A DNA stretch of 64,000 bases from an uncultured Chitinophaga sp. GTDB lineage: Bacteria > Bacteroidota > Bacteroidia > Chitinophagales > Chitinophagaceae. Made by a program: the position numbers and the translations under genes. The DNA lies in assembly GCA_964444975.1 (NCBI GenBank), contig CAYUJD010000008.1, positions 9,496 through 73,495 on the forward strand, written 5' to 3'. Under the pieces are notes generated by a model. That model saw only the letters and a program-made list of their open reading frames with translations. It did not search any database and was not told the origin of the DNA. Below are positions 19,125-28,173 of the stretch, one piece after another (the stretch's first letter is position 1; every line of letters starts with the position of its first letter).

Positions 19125-19178
19125 AAACCTATAAGGTTTGCCGGGCGGCAAATGCAGCGCTGCAAACCTTATAGGTTT
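19125..19178 (+). repeat. REP-like hairpin, right
   Basis: Same 54-nt palindrome. Its centre contains the perfect sub-palindrome TGCAGCGCTGCA. Its last bases overlap the stop codon of the GH13 gene (19177-19179). Confidence 0.85.
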
Positions 19179-21057
19179 ATCGAAGCTCCATCACCAGCAG
19201 GTACTTCCCTCCCAGCGTCAGTGTAGGTTCAAGAGTAAAAACATTTCCCGTGGCCACATCGTACGCTTTTGTAAAATCTTTCATTCTTTCCTGAAATCTT
19301 GATAAGTCGATGGTGGATGCCGATGCGTTTGTATTCATTACACACATCACGGTTTGCTTATCGTCATAGCGGAAATAAACATACACGCCGTTTTGCGGCA
19401 GGTACTGCATCAGCTTACCGGCTTTAATAGCGGATGAACTTTTGCGGAAGTTGGCAAAGGTTTTTATGTAATTGAACGCTTCGTTTTCCTGCGCTGTTCG
19501 TCCTGCCGCTTCAAATTTATTCACCGGGTCGCCGGGCCAGCCGCCGGGAAAATCCCTTCTTACTTCCGCATCGCTGGGATTTTTATAATTCTTCATCAGA
19601 ATTTCATCGCCGTAATAAATTTGAGGAATGCCACGCATTGTCAGCAGCAACGCCATCCCCATTTTAAACTTCGCCAAATCTTCCCCCACTACGGAACAAA
19701 ACCTGTCCAGGTCATGATTGTCCAGGAAGATACAGTTGCGCATCGGGTTTTTGTAAAGCAGGTCCTGCGCCAGCACCTGGTAAAGCCTGTTTACACCCTC
19801 ATTCCATCCGTAAGGCTGGTTCATAGCATCAAGTGCTGCAAACAGAAATGGAAAATCAGTTACACCCTGGCAATTGTGTTTAAAAGGAGCATTGATATTG
19901 TTCTGGCAGAAATAAGCGCTGTTGGTTACGCTTTGTACCCAGGCTTCGCCAAACACGGTGAGCTTTGGAAATTCTTTCAGCAAAGCATCATTTACTTTAT
20001 TCAGAAAAACCGGGTCGCTGTAGAAATAAGTGTCCACCCGCCAGCCGTCAATGCCAAATTCTTCGGTAGCCCAGATGGCATACTGGATAAGAAAATTGGA
20101 AACATAGGGATTGCGCTGGTTCAGGTCAACGAGGAAAGGAGTAAACCAGCCATCAACCGAAATTTTTTTATCAATAACCGAGGCATAAGGATCCACCAGC
20201 GGCTGGTCTTTGTATGATGTGTTGGTGTATGCCGGCCATTGATTCACCCAATCCTTCATGGGAAGATCACGAAACGACCAATGATCGTTGCCAATATGAT
20301 TGTACACGGCGTCCTGGATAATCTTCATTCCTTTTGCATGGGCAGCATCCACCAGTTTTTTATAGGCTTCATTTCCTCCTAATCTTCTGTCAACCTGGTA
20401 CTGGTTGGTAAACGCATAACCATGATAAGTGCTGCGGCTCACTCCGCCCTCCTGGGTGCGGCTCATATCATTTTCCACCACCGGTGTCATCCAGATAGCG
20501 GTGACGCCCAGATCTTGCAGGTAGTCGAGATGATTTTGCACACCCAGCAAATCGCCGCCGTGCCGGTCGAAAGGATTGTTGCGATTATGACCCGTGTCAC
20601 GCATGTCAGCAATAAAATCATTCGATGGGTCGCCATTGCTGAAGCGGTCGGGCATGATGAGGTAAATGAGGTCTTCGGAAGTTACGCCTTTAATTCTTGT
20701 TTTGCTGTTTTGGGGGTTACGGGGTTTTAGCTCGTATTCAAAAATTTTGAACGGAATCGCTTCCGGCGATTGCAGGTTGTCAATGCGGAATTTTATTTTT
20801 CCCGGTTTGGCTGCGGCACTTATCTGCAGGTCAATAAAAACATAGTTGGGATTCTCGGCTTTGGTTTGCTTCAGAAGTTTTACACCCGGATAAGGTATCA
20901 TTGAAATTCTTTCCTGCCCCACCCTATCCCGGTGGATCATCAGCTGCAGGTTTTGGTTTTTCATGCCCACCCACCAGTGCGTGGGATAAACATCCTGGGC
21001 AAATAAGGAATAAAGAACAAGGAAAAAGGAATAGAGAACAAGGAGAAATTTTTTCAT
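19177..21057 (-). CDS. GH13 alpha-amylase family enzyme, SusA/neopullulanase-like, secreted
   Basis: 626 aa with a signal peptide and the four GH13 regions: DAVYNHIGNDH, GIDGWRVDT, FGEAW and FLDNHD. Confidence 0.85.
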   Translation of the reverse strand: MKKFLLVLYSFFLVLYSLFAQDVYPTHWWVGMKNQNLQLMIHRDRVGQERISMIPYPGVKLLKQTKAENPNYVFIDLQISAAAKPGKIKFRIDNLQSPEAIPFKIFEYELKPRNPQNSKTRIKGVTSEDLIYLIMPDRFSNGDPSNDFIADMRDTGHNRNNPFDRHGGDLLGVQNHLDYLQDLGVTAIWMTPVVENDMSRTQEGGVSRSTYHGYAFTNQYQVDRRLGGNEAYKKLVDAAHAKGMKIIQDAVYNHIGNDHWSFRDLPMKDWVNQWPAYTNTSYKDQPLVDPYASVIDKKISVDGWFTPFLVDLNQRNPYVSNFLIQYAIWATEEFGIDGWRVDTYFYSDPVFLNKVNDALLKEFPKLTVFGEAWVQSVTNSAYFCQNNINAPFKHNCQGVTDFPFLFAALDAMNQPYGWNEGVNRLYQVLAQDLLYKNPMRNCIFLDNHDLDRFCSVVGEDLAKFKMGMALLLTMRGIPQIYYGDEILMKNYKNPSDAEVRRDFPGGWPGDPVNKFEAAGRTAQENEAFNYIKTFANFRKSSSAIKAGKLMQYLPQNGVYVYFRYDDKQTVMCVMNTNASASTIDLSRFQERMKDFTKAYDVATGNVFTLEPTLTLGGKYLLVMELR

Positions 21058-21068
21058 AGCGATTCATT

Positions 21069-22451
21069 TTAAACAGAACGTTGTTCAAGAATTTCCATTT
21101 CTGCAGTAGTCGTCTCATCAGTTTTGCCAAGCTTTTTTTCTTTTATGAAAAAGAAACAAATAAGAGCTGCCAGAATCATCAGGTAGCCGCCCACCTGTAC
21201 GGCAAGCATGCGGTCATTGTTCAGCATATGATTCATCACCCATTTAAAACCGAGTGAAGCAATGATTTCGGGCAAAACAATAAAGAAATTAAATATGCCC
21301 ATATAAATTCCAATCTTGCTGGCCGGCAATACGCCACTCAGCATGGCGTAAGGCATTGATAAAATGCTTGCCCATGCAATTCCCACGCCTGTCATACATC
21401 CGAACAGCATGTACTTATTGGTTACAAAAGCTACTGTTATAAGACCTGCTGCCCCGGCAAGCAAACAAATTGAGTGAGTCAATTTCCTCCCAAGCCTGTC
21501 GGCAATGAAAGGAAGAATGAAGGCAAATGCAAAAGTGACTACATTGTAATAAGACAATGTAAGCCCGGCAAAATCTCTGCCGTCACCAAAGGCGGATTCG
21601 GTATCGGATTTAGCTCCAAATACATTGTAAGCAACCGCCACCGAATAATAAAACCACATAAGGAATAAACCCGGCCATGTAAAAAACTGAACAAGGGCAA
21701 TAATGCGCATACGTGGTGGCATGTTGGCGATAGCAGAAAAAATTTCCCGAACACCCCCCCCAAATCCCTTACGGCTCTCCTTCACTTTTTCTTTATACCC
21801 ACTATCGGAAGGCGGATATTCTTTTGAAGTAAAAACCGTATAAAGCACAGCGGACAAAAAGAAAAAAGCGCCGATATAAAAAGAGAATTTCACATTATCA
21901 GCAATGATCCCTTCTGCAGCGGTATTTTTCAAACTAAACCAGTTGCGCATCAACCACGGCAAGGCAGATGCAATGCTGCCGCCAAGTCCTATCATCAGGC
22001 TTTGCATTATAAAACCGCGGTTGAGTTGGCTGTCGGGTAATTTATCGGCAACAAAAGCACGGAAGGGTTCCATGGCCACATTACCGAAAGTGTCGAGTAC
22101 CCACAATAAACCGGCTGCCATCCATAACACAGGACTGTGCGGCATAAAGACAAGAGCCATGGAACTTAATACTGCTCCGATAAAAAAATAGGGTCTTCTT
22201 CTCCCCCACGTTGGGTGCCAGGTTCTGTCGCTCAGGTAACCCACAATAGGCTGAACTATCAAACCAGTCAATGGAGCTGCTAAAAAAAGAAGCGGTATTT
22301 CATCAGGATTGGCGCCCAGCACATCGTATATCGGTCCCATGTTAGCCCGTTGCAAATCCCAACCAAACTGAATACCAAAGAAACCAACACTCATGTTGAT
22401 GATTTCAGAAATTCTGAGTTTTGGCTTTGCACCTGTATAAGCAGTTGACAT
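21069..22451 (-). CDS. MFS sugar transporter (GPH/SLC45-like), probable maltose/maltodextrin importer
   Basis: 460 aa and polytopic. LTGLIVQPIVGYLSDRTWHPTWGRRRPYFFIGA is typical of the SLC45/GPH-like family. It lies 11 nt downstream of the GH13 gene. Confidence 0.75.
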   Translation of the reverse strand: MSTAYTGAKPKLRISEIINMSVGFFGIQFGWDLQRANMGPIYDVLGANPDEIPLLFLAAPLTGLIVQPIVGYLSDRTWHPTWGRRRPYFFIGAVLSSMALVFMPHSPVLWMAAGLLWVLDTFGNVAMEPFRAFVADKLPDSQLNRGFIMQSLMIGLGGSIASALPWLMRNWFSLKNTAAEGIIADNVKFSFYIGAFFFLSAVLYTVFTSKEYPPSDSGYKEKVKESRKGFGGGVREIFSAIANMPPRMRIIALVQFFTWPGLFLMWFYYSVAVAYNVFGAKSDTESAFGDGRDFAGLTLSYYNVVTFAFAFILPFIADRLGRKLTHSICLLAGAAGLITVAFVTNKYMLFGCMTGVGIAWASILSMPYAMLSGVLPASKIGIYMGIFNFFIVLPEIIASLGFKWVMNHMLNNDRMLAVQVGGYLMILAALICFFFIKEKKLGKTDETTTAEMEILEQRSV

Positions 22452-22472
22452 AACAATCGTATAAAATTATTT

Positions 22473-22594
22473 CGGAAGATAAGAAGAAATCAGAAGCGAG
22501 AAGTCAGAAGTCGGAAGTCAGAAGATGCAAGTCCGGTATTGAAACTACAAATTTTAAAATTACACATCCGACATCCGACATCCGACATCCAACC
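22473..22594. repeat. composite short-period spacer: (RGAAGTCA)n, an AT-rich core, then (CATCCGA)n
   Basis: An 8-nt period (GGAAGATAAGAAGAAATCAGAAGCGAGAAGTCAGAAGTCGGAAGTCAGAAG) is followed by a 7-nt period (ACATCCGACATCCGACATCCGACATCCAAC). Confidence 0.8.
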
Positions 22595-22608
22595 TCAGTC
22601 CTCACGCT

Positions 22609-23904
22609 TCAGCTGATTACATATCCGTTGGGTATGATGGCCCCCTTCTTTACTACTACTATCCCGTCTTTCACTGTATAGAGCGAGTGATCTTTGTTTT
22701 CAAGATGTGGACCACCATTGATGCGTACATCATCGCCGATGCGAACATTTTTATCAATGATGGCATTGCGGATATAACAGCGGTTGCCGATGCCCAGCAG
22801 CGGGATGCCTCTGTCCTTTGCCTGGTTTATTTCGGCCAGGGTTTCATAATAATCGCTGCCCATCATGTAAGTGCTCACCAGCGTGGTGCCATGCTCCACT
22901 CGGGAGCGGATACCGATAACTGAGTTTTCAATCCGGGATGCATTGATGATGGAACCTTCGGCGACCAGCGTTTTTTCCAGGGTGGTGCCGCTGATTTTTG
23001 CCGGCGGCAGCATCCGGCTGCGTGTATAAATAGTCTGGTCGCTGTCGAAAAGATTAAACTGCGGAATATCTTTTGTCAGATCAAGATTGGCCTCAAAAAA
23101 GGAATGAATATTCCCGATATCAGTCCAGTAACCGATGTACTGGTAGCTGGCCACCTTGTATTTTTTTATAGATTGAGGAATGATTTCCTTGCCAAAGTCG
23201 GTGGCATCTTTAAATTCATTTTGCAAAAAAGAAAACAGCAGGTTGCGGTTGAAAATATATATGCCCATCGAGGCCAGGTAATTTCTTCCTGCATTTTTCA
23301 TTTCATCACCGGTATCGCTCACCCATTCGGGCAGCAGTTCCTTGTTGGGTTTTTCAATAAAAGCGGTAATCAATCCTTCAGCTGATCTCAGAATTCCGAA
23401 CTCCGGCGCTTCCCGTTCGCCTACCGGGATGGTGGCTACTGAAATATCAGCGCCAAGATTTTTATGATTATCGAGCATCTCGGCAAAATTCATCTGGTAA
23501 AGCTGGTCGCCGGAAAGAATCAGGATGTATTCACTCTCGAAAGGTTCAATGTGCCTTAACCCCTGCCTCACCGCATCGGCAGTACCCTGGAACCAGGTTG
23601 GATTATCAGGAGTTTGCTCGGCAGCCAGTATATCAACAAAAGCCCTGCTGAAGGCGCTGAAGTGATAGGTGTTTTTAATATGCCGGTTGAGAGAGGCCGA
23701 GTTGAACTGGGTTAATACAAACATTCTGCCAATGCCGTTGTTCAGGCAATTGGAAATAGGAATATCCACCAGGCGATACTTACCTGCTATCGGCACAGCC
23801 GGTTTGCTACGGCTGGCAGTAAGCGGGTAAAGCCGTGTGCCGGCTCCGCCGCCGAGTATCACGCTGAGAATCTCTTTTGAGTGGGTAATAGTTCTGATTG
23901 CCAT
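22609..23904 (-). CDS. glgC: glucose-1-phosphate adenylyltransferase
   Basis: 431 aa. ILGGGAGTRLYPLTASRSKPAVPIAGKYRLVDIPISNC is present, and the C-terminus is a left-handed beta-helix type. Confidence 0.93.
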   Translation of the reverse strand: MAIRTITHSKEILSVILGGGAGTRLYPLTASRSKPAVPIAGKYRLVDIPISNCLNNGIGRMFVLTQFNSASLNRHIKNTYHFSAFSRAFVDILAAEQTPDNPTWFQGTADAVRQGLRHIEPFESEYILILSGDQLYQMNFAEMLDNHKNLGADISVATIPVGEREAPEFGILRSAEGLITAFIEKPNKELLPEWVSDTGDEMKNAGRNYLASMGIYIFNRNLLFSFLQNEFKDATDFGKEIIPQSIKKYKVASYQYIGYWTDIGNIHSFFEANLDLTKDIPQFNLFDSDQTIYTRSRMLPPAKISGTTLEKTLVAEGSIINASRIENSVIGIRSRVEHGTTLVSTYMMGSDYYETLAEINQAKDRGIPLLGIGNRCYIRNAIIDKNVRIGDDVRINGGPHLENKDHSLYTVKDGIVVVKKGAIIPNGYVIS

Positions 23905-23918
23905 AGGTAGTTTATTGT

Positions 23919-25337
23919 TTATTTCAACGACTCATATAAAGATATGTATTGTTGTGCAGAACTTTCCCAGGAATGGTCAATGCCCATCATAAAATTTATC
24001 ATGTCGTGCAGCTGTTCTTTTTTGTGATAATAAAGATCAATGGCGCGGCCCACGGAATACGTAATGTCCCAGACAGAGGGATGCTCAAACCGAATTCCAA
24101 AACCGCCGGCATCGCCAAAGTCAACCACCGTATCTTTTAATCCGCCTACACTTCTTACCATGGGCACCGTGCCATAGCGAAGTGCATAAAGTTGATTCAG
24201 GCCGCAGGGCTCCACGCGGCTGGGCATCAAAAGAAAATCGGCGCCGGCATACAGCAGGTGACTCAGCGGTTCGCTATACCCAATGTAAGTATTAATGAAT
24301 CCATTCAGCTGGTGCTTTACATGTTCCAGCCTGCTTTCCACTTCCGGTTCACCGGAGCCCAATATTAAAAAATTGCAATTGCCATGATGCTGGTATACCG
24401 ATGCGGCAATAGCATCAGGCAGTACATCGGCAGCCTTTTCACCCACCAGCCGGCCGATGAAAGTAATGAGTGGTTTTTCTTCATCAAGCCCAAACTGTTT
24501 GCAGAGTTCTTTTTTATTTTTCCGCTTGCCTTTATCTGCCGTTTCTATTGAATAATTTTTTGCAAGAAAATTATCCGTTTCAGGATTCCACACTTCATTA
24601 TCTATTCCGTTCAGTATGCCGCTGCATTTTCCTTTTTCATATTCAAACAGCGCTTCCAGCCCGTTGGCTGAGTGGCGCAGCTCATCCATGTAGCTCTCAC
24701 TTACTGTGTTTACTTTCCAGGCACACCTGATGCCTGAAGCCAGCGGGTTGATGGTTTTGTTCCATTCCAGCAATCCCCATTTCCATGTATCGTAGGCCGG
24801 CAGGTAATGGCTTTTATCCCAACCCATCCAGCCCTGGTACTGTGCATTGTGTATGGTAAGCACCGTAGGTATTTGGCTTAAATGATTACAAGCATAACAG
24901 TATTTTATCATGAAAGGGATGAGCGCTGCCTGGTGGTCATGCACATGAATGATATCCGGTGAATGCTGCCATTTGCTGAGCCAGTCGCATACTGCAACCT
25001 GGAATGCAGTGAAGCGTTCGGTATCGTCGTCGTAGCCATAAATTTTTTCGCGGTCGAGCAGGCCGTTGATGTCAACCAGGAAAAGATCGAAACCGAGCTT
25101 ATTGGTTTTTTCTTTTATGACACTGTAATGAAACCAGCGGGGACCGAGATATTGTCCGCCTTCATGCACCAGTTCCCATTCGTTGCTGAAAAGAAATTTT
25201 GTACGGTACATGGGCATGATTACTTTGGCCACGTGGCCCAGTTTGTTCTGGTATTTGGGTAAGGCACCTGCCACATCGCCCAGGCCGCCGGCTTTGGCTA
25301 CAGGATAACATTCGGCTGAAACATGAATTATTTCCAT
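23919..25337 (-). CDS. glgA: glycogen synthase (GT5)
   Basis: 472 aa with N-terminus MEIIHVSAECYPVAKAGGLGDVAGALP (K-X-G-G-L motif). It lies 14 nt upstream of glgC. Confidence 0.9.
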   Translation of the reverse strand: MEIIHVSAECYPVAKAGGLGDVAGALPKYQNKLGHVAKVIMPMYRTKFLFSNEWELVHEGGQYLGPRWFHYSVIKEKTNKLGFDLFLVDINGLLDREKIYGYDDDTERFTAFQVAVCDWLSKWQHSPDIIHVHDHQAALIPFMIKYCYACNHLSQIPTVLTIHNAQYQGWMGWDKSHYLPAYDTWKWGLLEWNKTINPLASGIRCAWKVNTVSESYMDELRHSANGLEALFEYEKGKCSGILNGIDNEVWNPETDNFLAKNYSIETADKGKRKNKKELCKQFGLDEEKPLITFIGRLVGEKAADVLPDAIAASVYQHHGNCNFLILGSGEPEVESRLEHVKHQLNGFINTYIGYSEPLSHLLYAGADFLLMPSRVEPCGLNQLYALRYGTVPMVRSVGGLKDTVVDFGDAGGFGIRFEHPSVWDITYSVGRAIDLYYHKKEQLHDMINFMMGIDHSWESSAQQYISLYESLK

Positions 25338-25467
25338 GGAGTGCTAACAGGTGTTGTGAACAGGAATATTATTCAAAATAAGTTGTTTTTATGAAAGGAA
25401 ATAGTGCCATATAAAAATTTTTGCTTTCAAAAATTCTTTACTTTCATCGCTGAATAAAACGATTGTT

Positions 25468-27072
25468 ATGAACCAGGCAGCCAAACAGCCAACCAACTAC
25501 AGTGCATTAAGTACACTTGTCATCGTATTTTTTTTCTGGGGATTTATTGCAGCATCAAACGGAATTTTCATACCGTTCTGCAAAAGCCATTTTCACCTGA
25601 ACCAGTTTGAATCGCAGCTGATAGATTTTGCTTTTTATGCAGCTTATTTTGTCGGGTCATTGGTATTATTCCTGGTCACTTCCATTACAAAGATTGATAT
25701 ATTGAATAAAATAGGTTACCGGCGTGGTATTATCTGGGGGCTTTTTATTTCCATCGGCGGCGCTTTGCTGATGATACCTGCCGTCAACTCCGGTTCATAT
25801 CCTTTTATTCTTGGGTCTTTGTTTGTTATTGCTTTGGGCTTTTCATTGCAGCAAACCGCAGCGCAGCCTTTCGCCATCATGCTGGGCGATCCATCCACGG
25901 GTTCGCACCGGCTCAACCTTGGCGGCAGCGTAAATTCATTCGGCACCACACTGGGGCCGTTGATTGTAAGTTTTGCCTTGTTTGGTTCAATAAAAGAAGG
26001 CGCTTCAGCCTCAGCCGACATCAGCCAGATAAAAACACTTTACCTGATTGTGGCCGGTGTTTTCTTTGCCGCTGCATTGATTTTTATTTTTTCAAAAAAA
26101 CTTCCCACTACCGGTTTTGATGAACATGTTGAACACAGCCCGAAAGCTGTTACCAGTCTTTCCACCCTTACCCTCGGGCTGGTAATTTTGGTGGTGTTAA
26201 GCCAGGTAGCCAATATTGATAAATTGACATTGACTGGAATCTCGCTGGTCATGGTTTTTGCGCTTATTTTTATTTCTTATGCTGCAGCCAGTAAAAATGG
26301 GGAAGGCTGGGGCGCCATGAAGTATCCCCAGCTTATTCTCGGTATGCTGGCAATCTTTGTTTATGTGGGTGTGGAAGTAACGATTCAAAGCAATATGGGC
26401 GCCTTGCTGAAAACCGATGCCTTTGGAAATATTGATGAGTCGCACAACAGCCGTTTCATTTCGCTGTACTGGGGCAGTTTGATGATAGGACGGTGGACGG
26501 GAGCCATCTCTGTTTTTAACCTGAAAAAACAAACCCGCCAGTTAATGACAGTACTGGTTCCGCTGATTGCGTTTGGAATTGTTTTACTGGTAAATAAAGG
26601 CAGGGGAAACGATGTAAGTGATTTATATCTCTATGTTATTTGCATACTCGTTGTTATAGCCGGAATATTTTTCGGCCAGGAAAAACCGGTGAAAACTTTA
26701 TTGACTCTTTCTGTTCTGGCCACAATAGCTATGATAACAGGCATGATGACGACCGGCCAGATTGCAACATACGCCTTTATGAGCGGTGGCCTTTTCTGCT
26801 CCGTAATGTGGCCCTGTATTTTTTCACTGGCCATTGCCGGTCTTGGAAAATACACTTCAGAAGGTTCAGCATTTCTTATCATGATGATTCTTGGAGGCGC
26901 TATCATTCCACCCTTCCAGGGTGCTATTGCCGACACCACGGTTGGCATTCATGGATCATATACTGTGGCAGTTGTTTGTTTTATTTACCTGGCATGGCAC
27001 GCATGGCAAACACGAAGAGTGCTGCAAAAACAAGGACTCGATTTTGACCAGCAGATTGGCGGAGGTCATTAA
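25468..27072 (+). CDS. sugar MFS transporter (FHS / glucose-galactose-fucose permease-like)
   Basis: 534 aa and polytopic. The N-terminus VFFFWGFIAASNGIFIPFCKSHF resembles FucP/GluP. It is followed by a glucokinase gene. Confidence 0.75.
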   Translation: MNQAAKQPTNYSALSTLVIVFFFWGFIAASNGIFIPFCKSHFHLNQFESQLIDFAFYAAYFVGSLVLFLVTSITKIDILNKIGYRRGIIWGLFISIGGALLMIPAVNSGSYPFILGSLFVIALGFSLQQTAAQPFAIMLGDPSTGSHRLNLGGSVNSFGTTLGPLIVSFALFGSIKEGASASADISQIKTLYLIVAGVFFAAALIFIFSKKLPTTGFDEHVEHSPKAVTSLSTLTLGLVILVVLSQVANIDKLTLTGISLVMVFALIFISYAAASKNGEGWGAMKYPQLILGMLAIFVYVGVEVTIQSNMGALLKTDAFGNIDESHNSRFISLYWGSLMIGRWTGAISVFNLKKQTRQLMTVLVPLIAFGIVLLVNKGRGNDVSDLYLYVICILVVIAGIFFGQEKPVKTLLTLSVLATIAMITGMMTTGQIATYAFMSGGLFCSVMWPCIFSLAIAGLGKYTSEGSAFLIMMILGGAIIPPFQGAIADTTVGIHGSYTVAVVCFIYLAWHAWQTRRVLQKQGLDFDQQIGGGH

Positions 27073-27110
27073 TTTATTTAAACAAGGAAATTGAACTAAA
27101 GAGAATTTTC

Positions 27111-28106
27111 ATGGCAAAAAAAAAAGCAGCACAGGTTACTCCTCCTTCCGTTACGCCGCTTGCCATTGGCATTGACATCGGCGGCACGGGCACCAAGTAC
27201 GGCATTGTTGACCGCGACGGCAATGTGCTTTTCTCCGGCGAAATGTCAACCAAAAAACACAAAACCGTTGAATCGTTTATTGATGAGCTGCACCAGGTGG
27301 TCAGCGAGATAATTGATAAAGCCGGCGGTGTGGGCAGAATGAAAGGAATCGGTGTGGGGGCACCCAACGGCAACTACTACACAGGCACCATTGAGTACGC
27401 CCCGAATCTTCCGTGGGAAGGAATCATTCCGCTGGCCAAACTTATATCGGATAAATTTCAATTGCCCGTTACCCTCACCAACGATGCCAATGCTGCCGCC
27501 ATCGGCGAAATGATGTACGGCGCCGCCAAGGGCATGAAAGATTTTATCATGATTACACTGGGCACCGGTGTGGGCAGCGGCATTGTGGCAAACGGGCATT
27601 TGATTTACGGTCACGATGGTTTTGCCGGGGAACTGGGGCACACCATTGTGATTCCCGATGGCCGAATGCATACCGGCACGGGTAAAAAAGGTTCACTGGA
27701 AAGTTATGCCTCGGCAACCGGCGTGCGGCTGACGGCCATTGAATTTCTTGAAAAGAGCAAAGAGAAAAGTTTATTGCGCAAACTGCCGCACGACAAGCTG
27801 GATTCGAAAGCGGTGTATGATGCCGCCATTGAAGGCGATGCACTGGCTACGGAAGTTTTCAATTACACCGGAAAAATTCTTGGCCTTGCCCTTGCCAATG
27901 CGGTGATGACCACCAGCCCGGAGGCTATTATTCTTTTTGGTGGCCTTGCCAAATCAGGTGAACTGATTCTGAAACCTACCCGTGAAAGCATGGAAGAAAA
28001 CCTGATAAAAGTTTTCCAGAACAAAGTGAAGATCCTTATCAGTCATTTGAAAGAGGCACATGCTGCTATTTTGGGAGCCAGTGCCCTGGTTTGGGAAAAG
28101 GAATAA
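27111..28106 (+). CDS. ROK family glucokinase
   Basis: Contains AIGIDIGGTGTKYGIV (ATP-binding motif) and GHDGFAGELGH (ROK signature). Confidence 0.88.
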   Translation: MAKKKAAQVTPPSVTPLAIGIDIGGTGTKYGIVDRDGNVLFSGEMSTKKHKTVESFIDELHQVVSEIIDKAGGVGRMKGIGVGAPNGNYYTGTIEYAPNLPWEGIIPLAKLISDKFQLPVTLTNDANAAAIGEMMYGAAKGMKDFIMITLGTGVGSGIVANGHLIYGHDGFAGELGHTIVIPDGRMHTGTGKKGSLESYASATGVRLTAIEFLEKSKEKSLLRKLPHDKLDSKAVYDAAIEGDALATEVFNYTGKILGLALANAVMTTSPEAIILFGGLAKSGELILKPTRESMEENLIKVFQNKVKILISHLKEAHAAILGASALVWEKE

Positions 28107-28173
28107 CTCACCCGCAGCCTCCCAACGGAGGGGCTTTGCCAACATACAATTCCGGCATTTTGCAATCGGAAAA

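Larger units (their letters stand above)
18421..19178 (+). mobile_element. RAYT/IS200-like unit: Y1 transposase gene bracketed by two direct 54-nt palindromic REP-like hairpins
   Basis: The hairpins at 18421-18474 and 19125-19178 differ at 4 of 54 positions and flank the HUH/Y1 ORF. Confidence 0.75.

Noticed and set aside
22473-22594. Possible CRISPR array, given the tandem short repeats here and at 42583-42612 and 41425-41455
   Set aside because: Periods are only 7-9 nt with no unique spacers, and no cas genes lie nearby. These are microsatellite-like words, not CRISPR.
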